A stretch of DNA of 43,178 nucleotides from Bacteroidales bacterium. GTDB lineage: Bacteria; Bacteroidota; Bacteroidia; Bacteroidales; Muribaculaceae. Positions within the stretch are counted from its first letter, which is position 1. Each line of letters starts with the position of its first letter. This document shows, in pieces, positions 27,268 to 36,800 of the stretch. The DNA lies in NCBI GenBank assembly GCA_900767075.1, contig CAAFXX010000387.1, positions 1 to 43,178 of the forward strand, read 5' to 3'. The translations under genes were made by a program, and so were the position numbers. The notes under the pieces were generated by a model. The model saw nothing but the letters and a program-made list of their open reading frames with translations. It was not told where the DNA came from and did not search any database.

Positions 27268-28866
27268 ATGTCGACAGGAAACATCAAAACAATAATCATC
27301 TTCTTTATGGTCATCCTGACATCACTGTCGGGATGTCAGAATTCCCGGACCGCTTCCCGCAACGCATTCAGCAGTCTGAGCGACGAAGAATTGTTTGAGG
27401 CGGCATCCCAATTATCAAGAAATCCGGAAACAGCCGACAGCGCCATACTATGCTTTGCCGTATTGTCCGACCGACTTCAGAATGACGGTGAATCCGAAAA
27501 ATCCAAAGAATTACAGGCAAAGACACTGACCAATCTGGGTTATCTTTTTTCCAATTTCAGGTTCGATTATCAAAAAGCATACAGCTATCTCTCACAGGCG
27601 CTCGACATATGCAATAGAGCCGGACTCGACTCCATCAAACCTTACATATATCTCGATATGGCAGTCACGACAGAAGCTTTCGGCTCTCTGCGTCAGCATC
27701 ATGAAATGACCGACAGCATAGCGGAGAAGCGTCTGTCTGATGCCTTGAGAATGGCAGGGAAGACAAGGCAATGGCGACCGTATAAGTTCGCCTTCCACAA
27801 TCTCGCGACCATATATACCTCCCGATACGACACACTTGCGGCATCGCGTCTGCTGAAACACCACGCCGGTTTAAACAAATTGCCTAACACTTCCGAGGAA
27901 CTGGCTTTCACCGACTCAATAGCCAACGCACTCTCCCAATGGATCGCCGGCTCCCCTCTTGAAGCCGCCGCGACCTTCAATAGACTCGCTAAAGAAAAAC
28001 GAAAAGGGGAGTTACAAAACAAGGAGATCCAGTTTTCTGTAATCGGCATGAGTGCCGACATGTACAACGCGGCCGGACAACCCGACAAAGCAAACGGCAT
28101 CCTGACCGGTATGGCACGTGAAATTGAAGCCGATGGCAATGCTGGAATCCGGAAATGGATCACTTCCTGCATGTATGAGAATTACAAGGCAAAAGGCGAT
28201 TCCGCAATGGCTGACGCATGGAGGCTGAAGCTATACATCGCAAATGAAGAGCTGCAGTCACAGGTTACGGTCACTCCATTGGACGGACTGGAATTTTTAT
28301 CCAAGATGCGTGCCATTCAGGATGATATCGCCGCAGAAAGAGCGCATAAGAAAAAAATGTCGGCTGTGATAATATTTTTATCCATATTCTTTGCGTCGGC
28401 TTTCTTACTGCTCTCATTGTATGCCCGACGGGCATACAAGAGACGCCGGCATGTGCAGAAGCTATATCAGGAGGTCATCACGGCGGTGAACAGCCGGCGA
28501 GAGTCTTCCGACAATGAAATAGATCCGGCGCTCATGCGCAACATCAGGCAGATTCTCGACAACAGTCCCTCAGTATTGAAGGCGGACTTCTCTCTTACAA
28601 CCCTTGCACGGGAAACCGGCTCAAACACCACCTATGTCTCGAATGCCATCAACAGCGGGTTCGGTCAGTCATTCTCGACTCTTGTTGCCAAAAGGCGTAT
28701 CGACGAGGCATGCATTATGCTCCAGTCAAGAGAATTCGATAATCTCACGGTGGAGGCAATCGCCGAAAAAGTAGGAATAAAATCAAGAAGCAACTTTTCC
28801 GCCCTCTTCAAAAAAATAGCCGGAATGACACCCACCGAATTCCGGAATGCCTCTAAAAAGAGGTAA
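27268..28866 (+). CDS. Membrane-anchored AraC-family regulator with a TPR-like periplasmic domain (sensor 1)
   Basis: Signal with lipobox-like LSGC; helical repeats (TNLGYLF..YQKAYSYLSQAL); TM helix at about 28357-28425; AraC HTH (NTTYVSNAIN..IAEKVGIKSRSNFSALFKK..GMTPTEFR). Confidence 0.9.
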   Translation: MSTGNIKTIIIFFMVILTSLSGCQNSRTASRNAFSSLSDEELFEAASQLSRNPETADSAILCFAVLSDRLQNDGESEKSKELQAKTLTNLGYLFSNFRFDYQKAYSYLSQALDICNRAGLDSIKPYIYLDMAVTTEAFGSLRQHHEMTDSIAEKRLSDALRMAGKTRQWRPYKFAFHNLATIYTSRYDTLAASRLLKHHAGLNKLPNTSEELAFTDSIANALSQWIAGSPLEAAATFNRLAKEKRKGELQNKEIQFSVIGMSADMYNAAGQPDKANGILTGMAREIEADGNAGIRKWITSCMYENYKAKGDSAMADAWRLKLYIANEELQSQVTVTPLDGLEFLSKMRAIQDDIAAERAHKKKMSAVIIFLSIFFASAFLLLSLYARRAYKRRRHVQKLYQEVITAVNSRRESSDNEIDPALMRNIRQILDNSPSVLKADFSLTTLARETGSNTTYVSNAINSGFGQSFSTLVAKRRIDEACIMLQSREFDNLTVEAIAEKVGIKSRSNFSALFKKIAGMTPTEFRNASKKR

Positions 28867-28944
28867 ATCCTGTGCTTATTTTTCAATTTTAAGAATACAC
28901 ACTTGTTTTTCCGATACTATTTTCGGGAAAGTTCCCTGTTTTAT

Positions 28945-28952
28945 TACTTTTG
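28945..28952 (+). promoter_or_regulatory. -7 promoter element (TACTTTTG) for LRR cargo 1
   Basis: Exact TAnnTTTG with no canonical TTTG -33; imperfect inverted repeat TTTTCCGA..TCGGGAAA over the -33 region. Confidence 0.65.
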
Positions 28953-29008
28953 CGTACGCGATTCATTATATGAACAAGTTATCGGAATATCAACTAAAAA
29001 TTAGTTAT

Positions 29009-31768
29009 ATGAGAAAATTATCCTTCTTGATTGCTTTAGCGGCAGGCATAGCAACGGGACATGCGGCATGGAACACCGACATGACTCCCTTCACCGTGCT
29101 TCCCCTGCAGCAGAACCGCCCGGAGAACATGAAGACCATCCGGAGCGGTTCCTCTACATTCGTGATCTACACATTGAATCAGGACGGCAAGACTGACCTG
29201 TATCTGCAGATGATCGATCTTGCCGGAAACACAGTGTTCGACGCCCCCGGAAAGAAAATAAATTACGGCGACGGTCCGGCATATCCTACAGGAGGAGTGG
29301 CTGCGGCTCCTGTTTCCGACGGCGGCATCATGGTGATGTACGGCGATACACGAAACGATCCTGACGGCTTCAAGCAGCAACCGTTCCTTTATAAGATCAA
29401 TGCTTACGGAGATGTGGCATCGAATCCCGAAGGCACGGCACTTCCGGAATCTTTCGGCGGTCTGAAATATATACTGAAATCATTTGGAGATAAAATAATC
29501 GCTTCGTATGATGTGAATGCAGAAGGCACCTATACAGCCTTTACGCATCTTTGTACTGTAGGCAATGACGGTGTTCCCGGGAAATCAGTTGTCCTTGAGG
29601 GAGGAAACGCAGGAGTCGTGGCTTCAGGCGACGGGTATCTCTGCGCATATGTGCTCAACAATAATATATCGGCACAACGTTATGACTCAGAGCTCGCACC
29701 GGTATGGGAAAACGCCGTCTTAGTCCGGGAAAAGACCGCCATGTGGGGTTCCCTTACAGTTTATCCCGACGGCAAGGGTGGAATGTATCTCCCGTATGAG
29801 TATAACGACGAGCAATACAACTCGCATTATCCCCTCGCACAGATATCTTCGGACGGCAAAGCGAATCCGGAGCTGTTGACATCAATTTCACCGAAAGAGG
29901 GTTTCACGGTCAATTCCAGCATTATTCTTCCCTCTGATACATGTTTCCGTATTTTCACCTCGATCCGTGAAGGATGGAGCGGCGACCATATGCTGTATGC
30001 CGCCACGTATTCTGCAACCGGCGAGATGTCACAATCAGTCGAACTGGGGACTTCCGGTTTCAAATTCGATTTTCCCGCTGTGATCGGCGTCGGGGAGACC
30101 GGCGACATCCTTCTTGAAACCATCGAAAGCACCGATTATACTTCGCAGGCGCTTAATGCCGCGTTGCTGGATTCAGAATTCTCCGAGAAATGGAAAAAGA
30201 CGATTGTCCCGACCACATCGCTAAGTCAGATAAGCGTCCAGCATAACGCAGAATCCTTCACAAATTATTTTGTTGAAGCGCCGTCCGCCGACCAAGTGGG
30301 CGCATTTGGTCTGAGACTCGATTATTCCGGCACTCCCCTTCCGGAAGAAAAATCTGATTACGACCTCGATATAGTTTTGACACGTCCGGGCACACTCGCC
30401 TCCAAAGTAACCGAACAGCAGATGTACACCACCCAGTCATTGCGTTTGCGAGGTTTCATCAACAGCGACGATGTAAGAGTGCTCCGCGATATGGCAGGAG
30501 TCAGAAACTTGGCTGAAGAAACCGAAGGGATACTTTCAGTAGTCGATCTGTCTGGTGCTACCGTAGTAGCCGGTGGTGAGCCTTACATGACTTATTACGA
30601 CACAGATATCTGGGAAGATGTACGCCTTACGACCACTGATTATGTAGTGCCTCCTTATCTCTTCGGCAAATGCAGCGTCACGGACGTGAAGATGCCGGTC
30701 AATTCCATCGAAATCGGCTCACACGCTTTCGCTGATTGCGGAATCCTAACATCAATCGTTATTCCGGAGACAGTAACCGCCATCGCCGACAATGCTTTCG
30801 CCGGTTCTGGTATTACAAGCCTTGTAATCCCCGAGAATGTCACCTCATTGGGAAGCTACGCAATGTGGGGATGTGCAAATCTTTCAAATGTCAAGCTCCC
30901 CGACAATCTGACTCAGCTTCCTGAGGGTCTGCTGCAACAGACATCTCTGGAATCCTTCACTCTGGGTTCAAATATTGTAAAGATTGGAGGAAATGTATTC
31001 AAGGACTGTGTCAACCTTAAAGAGGTCAAGGGCATGGAGAAAGTTGAGCAAATCGACAGATATGCCTTCAACAACTGCTACAGTCTTGAGAAAGTCGACT
31101 TCGGCACCGGTTTGAAATCAATCGGCATCGAATCTTTCGCCAACTGTATCAAACTCGGGAATGTCACGATACCCGCCTCTGTGGAATATATCGGCAACCT
31201 GGCATTCAACAATTACCAGGCAATGACCTCGATAAATGTCGACGCCGCCAACACGACATATAAATCAATCGACGGTATCCTTTACTCTGCCGACGGCTCT
31301 TGCGCCATAACTTCACCGGCCGGCCATCCCGATGACATCACAATTGCCGACGGAGTCACCACAATCGGAACAAGCTGTTTCGAGGTTAATCTCAAACTCA
31401 CAAAGGTTGTTCTACCCGCGACTGTGACAAAAGTCGAAAACGAGGCATTCAAGGGATGCTCCGGTCTTGCCACTCTGTATTGCAATGCTGTGGTTCCTCC
31501 CACAGTAGGTTGGAGAGACGTATTCCTTGCCGTACCTGTCACTTCATGCGACCTGATAGTTCCGGAAGGCAGCGAGGACGCTTATAAGAATGCCGAAGGC
31601 TGGAAAGAATTCAACAAGATCACGACCGGTGTCGAATCCGTCATCATTGACAGTCAGAACTCAGACAACTGGTTCGGCATCGACGGCCTGCTCCGCGGAG
31701 CAAATGACCGGGGTATCCTTATCCGCCACACTCCAGACGGCAAGACGCAGAAAATCCTACGCCATTAA
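29009..31768 (+). CDS. BspA-like leucine-rich-repeat T9SS surface protein with a large N-terminal beta-rich domain
   Basis: Signal peptide MRKLSFLIAL..GHA; PGTL..L.G.INSDD N-cap; IG..AF..C..L..I.IP repeats; YKNAEGWKEF cap; CTD. The ORF-track start 28847 overlaps the AraC gene and lies upstream of the promoter. Confidence 0.88.
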   Translation: MRKLSFLIALAAGIATGHAAWNTDMTPFTVLPLQQNRPENMKTIRSGSSTFVIYTLNQDGKTDLYLQMIDLAGNTVFDAPGKKINYGDGPAYPTGGVAAAPVSDGGIMVMYGDTRNDPDGFKQQPFLYKINAYGDVASNPEGTALPESFGGLKYILKSFGDKIIASYDVNAEGTYTAFTHLCTVGNDGVPGKSVVLEGGNAGVVASGDGYLCAYVLNNNISAQRYDSELAPVWENAVLVREKTAMWGSLTVYPDGKGGMYLPYEYNDEQYNSHYPLAQISSDGKANPELLTSISPKEGFTVNSSIILPSDTCFRIFTSIREGWSGDHMLYAATYSATGEMSQSVELGTSGFKFDFPAVIGVGETGDILLETIESTDYTSQALNAALLDSEFSEKWKKTIVPTTSLSQISVQHNAESFTNYFVEAPSADQVGAFGLRLDYSGTPLPEEKSDYDLDIVLTRPGTLASKVTEQQMYTTQSLRLRGFINSDDVRVLRDMAGVRNLAEETEGILSVVDLSGATVVAGGEPYMTYYDTDIWEDVRLTTTDYVVPPYLFGKCSVTDVKMPVNSIEIGSHAFADCGILTSIVIPETVTAIADNAFAGSGITSLVIPENVTSLGSYAMWGCANLSNVKLPDNLTQLPEGLLQQTSLESFTLGSNIVKIGGNVFKDCVNLKEVKGMEKVEQIDRYAFNNCYSLEKVDFGTGLKSIGIESFANCIKLGNVTIPASVEYIGNLAFNNYQAMTSINVDAANTTYKSIDGILYSADGSCAITSPAGHPDDITIADGVTTIGTSCFEVNLKLTKVVLPATVTKVENEAFKGCSGLATLYCNAVVPPTVGWRDVFLAVPVTSCDLIVPEGSEDAYKNAEGWKEFNKITTGVESVIIDSQNSDNWFGIDGLLRGANDRGILIRHTPDGKTQKILRH

Positions 31769-31794
31769 TTATATCTTCAGTTCCCTAAGATCGC

Positions 31795-31826
31795 AGAAAC
31801 CCGGCAATAAGCCGGGTTTCTTGTTT
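31795..31826 (+). terminator. Intrinsic terminator closing cassette 1
   Basis: AGAAACCCGGC-aataa-GCCGGGTTTCT-TGTTT. Confidence 0.85.
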
Positions 31827-31983
31827 AGGCACAGTTCCTTAAATATCCTGACAAATTGAAATACCAGAACAAACCGCTTCCTGACACAGGATATCCATCT
31901 AATTCTTATCTGCCGAGGCGTCTGTTTTTTAATTCACTACAAAAACGTGTACCCCTTTTTAACACTTTCGTCACTGTTTTCAT

Positions 31984-32015
31984 CTTGTGGGATATAGTTT
32001 TTTATGCTATATTTG
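31984..32015 (+). promoter_or_regulatory. Promoter for AraC sensor 2
   Basis: CTTG-N20-TATATTTG, 19 nt upstream of ATG 32035. Confidence 0.7.
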
Positions 32016-32034
32016 CATCCTATCAATTCAATAG

Positions 32035-33519
32035 ATGAAACTATCGTTTTTACCATGCTGTCTATTGGCAGTGATCCTTTCCCTTCTTCCTGCGGCATGC
32101 GCCCGCAATCAATCCCCCTATCCTGTCTCTCAGACCGACTGCGAGGGTGTAGGAGCCAAGGTGCATGAAATGGTAATGAATGCCGGCAATTTAATTGCAA
32201 GCGGGCATATCAACGATGGTTTCAGCCTCCTGTCAGATGCTGAGAATATAATTAACGCCATCCCGGACAGAGGTGAAAATTGTGTCGAACGACAGGACAT
32301 GTACCGACTCCTCGCCAACAAGGCAAAGATTTACACGGCGTATAAGGATTACCGTAACGCAGCCAAGTATTACGAAAAAAGCGTGCGTTTTGCAGAAAAC
32401 ACATTCGACAGCCTGCAGATGACCCTCGATCTTACAGTGATATCCTGTCACGGGGGCGATTCTGCCACCGCTGACATGTCTGCAAAAAGAATTGGTTCTT
32501 TCAATATTGACAATAAGCCTTATCAAAGATATGCACATGCTACAGCCTACGCCTATATAGAAAAATTTTTCGGCAACAAAGAGCGATCGCGCGACCTGTT
32601 TTCCGAGAGTCTCGAAATAGCCCGTTCCGGAGCAATCGGCAAGCACTCGCTTCTCACCCCTCTTTCCGAACTCTATGAGTATCATGTCTCTCAAGGCAAT
32701 CTCGACTCTGCACTCTTTTACCTTAACGACTACAAGCAACTTGCCGAAACATTCAGGACTCCGGACATGATGGCAGACGTCAACAAGGGTTTCCTTCGGG
32801 CTTATATACAAAAAGGCGATACCTCCAGGGCTTTGGATGCCTTCAATTCATATTTCGAGATCATCGATTCCCTTTATAATCCCGCCGGATTCTCTGTGCT
32901 GAACTCGGAATATAACGACAAGAACATGAGTCGGGCAAACGACAAGATGATGAACCTTGAGCTCAAGGTATCCCGATTCAAGATGATAATAATTCTGATT
33001 GTCAGCGGAATCTTTATTGCAATCATAGTGTGGCTCGTGTGCCGCAAACTTATCCAGTCGCGAAAAAGGATCTTTTTCCTTAACCGTGAAATCGCCCGCA
33101 AGGAAGCGCCTTCATCCAAATCTGTATCGGAGCGGCTGCCGTCTTCCGACAGATCGCGTCAGGACGAGCTTATGAAGGCAATCGAAGAGGTACTGACGGA
33201 CCCCGCAGTATATTGCAACCCCGATTTCTGCATCGCGGAACTTGCCCGTCTCGTGGATTCAAACACAAAATACATATCTCAGGCAATCAACGAATGCACC
33301 GGAATGAATTTCCGTACTTTCATAAATTCTCTCCGCATAAAGATCGCGCGGGTCAGGCTCACCAACTCCTCTGAATATTCCAACTGTACAATTCAGGCAG
33401 TCAGCGAAAGCGTGGGGTTTAAATCGACCTCCAATTTCATCATTGCCTTCAAGAAGGTGATGGGGGTAACTCCTTCGGCATATCAGAAACTTGCCTCCGA
33501 CGATTCTTCTTTTGACTGA
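32035..33519 (+). CDS. Membrane-anchored AraC-family regulator with a TPR-like periplasmic domain (sensor 2)
   Basis: Signal with lipobox-like PAAC; TPR-like helices (DYRNAAKYYEKS, GNLDSALFYL); TM helix at about 32983-33042; AraC HTH (NTKYISQAIN..SVGFKSTSNF..FKKVMGVTPSAYQ). Confidence 0.9.
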   Translation: MKLSFLPCCLLAVILSLLPAACARNQSPYPVSQTDCEGVGAKVHEMVMNAGNLIASGHINDGFSLLSDAENIINAIPDRGENCVERQDMYRLLANKAKIYTAYKDYRNAAKYYEKSVRFAENTFDSLQMTLDLTVISCHGGDSATADMSAKRIGSFNIDNKPYQRYAHATAYAYIEKFFGNKERSRDLFSESLEIARSGAIGKHSLLTPLSELYEYHVSQGNLDSALFYLNDYKQLAETFRTPDMMADVNKGFLRAYIQKGDTSRALDAFNSYFEIIDSLYNPAGFSVLNSEYNDKNMSRANDKMMNLELKVSRFKMIIILIVSGIFIAIIVWLVCRKLIQSRKRIFFLNREIARKEAPSSKSVSERLPSSDRSRQDELMKAIEEVLTDPAVYCNPDFCIAELARLVDSNTKYISQAINECTGMNFRTFINSLRIKIARVRLTNSSEYSNCTIQAVSESVGFKSTSNFIIAFKKVMGVTPSAYQKLASDDSSFD

Positions 33520-33751
33520 TTCATCTCGCACCGCCTTAGCGATTCTGCATTATGAAGCTATTTAAACTGATTTGCGTTTAATGGATTTATTAGGACAGTC
33601 TATATTGACGCGGCCGAAATAATCAATGAAATCGGCGGCTCAATGTTTGATTATTCTAAAAATCCGGCATTTCAGGCATTTAAATTTTCGTTATTTCATG
33701 AATCGGGGATATTTCTTGTGCTTTTTTCTTTCAATTTGTTTGGAATTAAGA

Positions 33752-33759
33752 TATTTTTG
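33752..33759 (+). promoter_or_regulatory. -7 promoter element (TATTTTTG) for LRR cargo 2
   Basis: Exact TAnnTTTG upstream of ATG 33838; no TTTG at canonical spacing. Confidence 0.6.
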
Positions 33760-33837
33760 CAGCGAAGACATCACGCTTTTCCAGAGAGTTCAAATCTAAT
33801 TCGGAGATTAATTCTTTTAACTTTAATAACTTTTTTT

Positions 33838-36800
33838 ATGAGAAAGAAACACAACGCAGCTAAAAGAAAACGCCACTTTTCGCGTTTGATCCTGTCGCTT
33901 TTGTCTCTGATAGCCCTTGCAGGCTTGCCATTGCCTGCCGTCGCGGCCGACAAGACTGTCACAGTGGGAACAGGCACTTCTCTCACCACCTACGTGCCGA
34001 TCATGACGACATGGCAAGACAATTGGTCGGAGATAATCTACACCTCCGACATGCTTGGGGAAATACCTGAAGGCGCTGTGATCAAACAAATCGGATTTAA
34101 CGGTGTGCCTCTTGGGGACATAGACAATATGCAGTATGAAGTTTATGTAAAAAGCACCACGGCGTCCACCGCTCCCTCTTCAAGATCGGATCTCTCCGAT
34201 TTCACATGCATCTTTAACGGTTCGGTTTCTGTCTCTGCGGCAGAAGACAACACTCCTGCCCCAATCCTGATGGCAGGGGGAAATAATGAATTCACCTATG
34301 AAGGAGGAAACCTTCATGTAATAGTGAAAACACACTTCTCAGAACTTCCCGGCAGCAGCATTTATTTCTCTTATCAGAACAAGCCTAAGTCAGTGCTGCA
34401 GGCCCTCAGCAACGACGGATGGTCCACCTGCCGCGAGGACAACTATCAGTACCAGCCGGTCTTGAACATGGAGATTGGTATGCCTGACGGTTACGTGGAT
34501 CTCACAAAAGTCACCGTAGGGACAGGCAATTCGACCGATAACGCCTCTCCCATGTCATTGTATTACGACAAGCATTCCATGAGCTCTACCCTGTATCTGA
34601 CAGATCAACTCGGCATTCCGTCAGGAATGGACATTCATCAGATCTCATATCAGGGATGGATAAACAAGACGGCACAGACTCCCTGCCACATACGCGTATG
34701 GATGGCAAATACACCCGATACGGAAATAGCCGCCCAAATTCCTGCCTTAGAAGCGATGATTCCCGTCATCGACACTCAGGTCACTCTCGATGAAGCGCAA
34801 GGCGGATACAACAATTATGTGGAAATATTGAAACTTAGGCTCGACACGCCTTTCCGCTATAACGGCGGCAACCTTCTTGTAGTCGTGCAGACTGACAATG
34901 AGACTACACAAGACGTCAAGTTTACCGTAAGTCCCGATTTTCCCGGGCAGGCAATATACGGTTATGGCGACTCCGACAATATGTCGGAATTTAAGTTCTA
35001 TACCTGCAAGTTACCTACGACTAATTTCTATTATGCGGCGCCACAGGCAGAAGCTACTCCCGAAATTTCATTCGTCACTTCCATGGAAGCCGGAAAAAAC
35101 ATCACCCTGTCGCTCAATTCTCGCGACGGTGTCCGCGTCGACTGGGGAGGTCATATTAAAGATTATCCTTATGGAGGAGCACTGACCCTCGGCTACGAAA
35201 TATCGGGCAATGAAATCAAGATATGGCCTATGTCGGAAGATGACCACATCACCTATTTCTCTTGCCGCAATGCCGGAATCACATCTATCGCACTTGATGC
35301 GCCGGGCCTCGTAAACCTCCGTCTCACCGACAACCTTCTTGACAGCATTAATATAGAGAAATGTCCGGTGCTTGAGACCCTCAACCTTAAGGGGAACAAG
35401 ATTTTCAGCTTCAACACCGCCTCGGCAACCATCAAGAATCTTGATTTATCGCGCAATGCGCTTGAAAAGCTACGCATCGCAGGATTCACGGCACTCGAGA
35501 GCCTTGATGTGTCGGTAAATTCTCTCCGCTATCCTGTCTGGATCGAATGGCCGGTGGCCCCGGCATTGAATTATCTGAACGTAGGCTTCAACAATCTTCT
35601 CCAGCTCGACCTTATCACTTATCGAAATCTTAAGACCCTCATCTGCAATAACAACAGCATCAGTGAACTCGAACTGAACGATGTGCCCGACCTCGAGGTC
35701 CTCAGAGCGGGATATAACGGTTTCAAAGCCCTTGACGTCGCTAAATGCCCGGGGCTGAAAGTGCTTGACATACGCGGCACTTCCGCCGGACCGATTCGCC
35801 TCAACGCCCTTCCATCGCTTGAAGAACTCAACATGCAGCTCACAGGCATTTCTTCAGTGAACCTCTCCGGCAATACAAAACTGCGCCACCTGGTTCTTTC
35901 CCAGAATGCCCTCACGGCAATCGACCTGTCAGCCAACAAGGCTATCGAACATCTCGATGTCAACCGAAACGAGATATCAACCGTCGACCTCTCGATGCTT
36001 TCCAAGCTTCGTTTCATCGACTGTTCGTCGAATGCCCTTAAAACTCTTGACCTTGCTTCCAATAATGCCCTTGACTCGGTCTACTGTTCTGTCAACAGCC
36101 TCACGGAACTTCCGCTTCCTGCCGGCAACCACATACAGTTCCTTGATTTTGCATCCAATTCCATAGCCTCTCAGCCGGACAACATCGGAGCTGTAAAGTA
36201 CCTTAACTGTTCCGACAACAAGTGGACCGCCACCGATTTCACCAAGACTCCGGAGATCATAGGCATTGACATCCATTCCAACATGCTGGGCAAAGAAGCC
36301 CTCAACGCGATGTTCACCCAGATTCCCGATATCAACGGCATCGTGATTCCAGAAAATGATGCCTCATGGATGGGTGTGTTGAATTATAAAGATAACCCCG
36401 GCACTGCCGAGGTCTCCCCTGAAGTTCCGGAAACTAAAGGTTGGAATTGCTCCTATAAAGCCAATATCCTGGGCGATGCATCGGCTGCCATAGTAATCCC
36501 CTCAGATATGTTATATACACGCATGTCGTTCGGATTAGACACCAAAGATGAAGTTTATTATGTCGACTGGGGCGACGGCAAGAAGGAGGAATTCCGCACG
36601 GAAAATCCCGAATACAGCTATAACAGCATTATCGGATATGCTGTAGGCCAGATCATACGCATCTACGCGCCCTCCGCCACCGAACTTGGCGTAAGCAATG
36701 CCGGATACCTTGACCTTGATGTATCGGGAATGCCTGAACTGTTGCGGCTTTCCTGCTCCGGCAATAATTTGACATCGCTTGATGTTTCAAAAAATACGAA

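Noticed and set aside
28847..29008. N-terminal extensions from the ORF track (also 7641, 25602, 27199, 33643)
   Set aside because: Most overlap or lie upstream of promoter elements; the downstream ATGs give proper signal peptides or family-typical N-termini.
31856..32038. 60-aa ORF upstream of AraC sensor 2
   Set aside because: TTG start, spans the promoter, and its hydrophobicity reflects T-rich promoter DNA.
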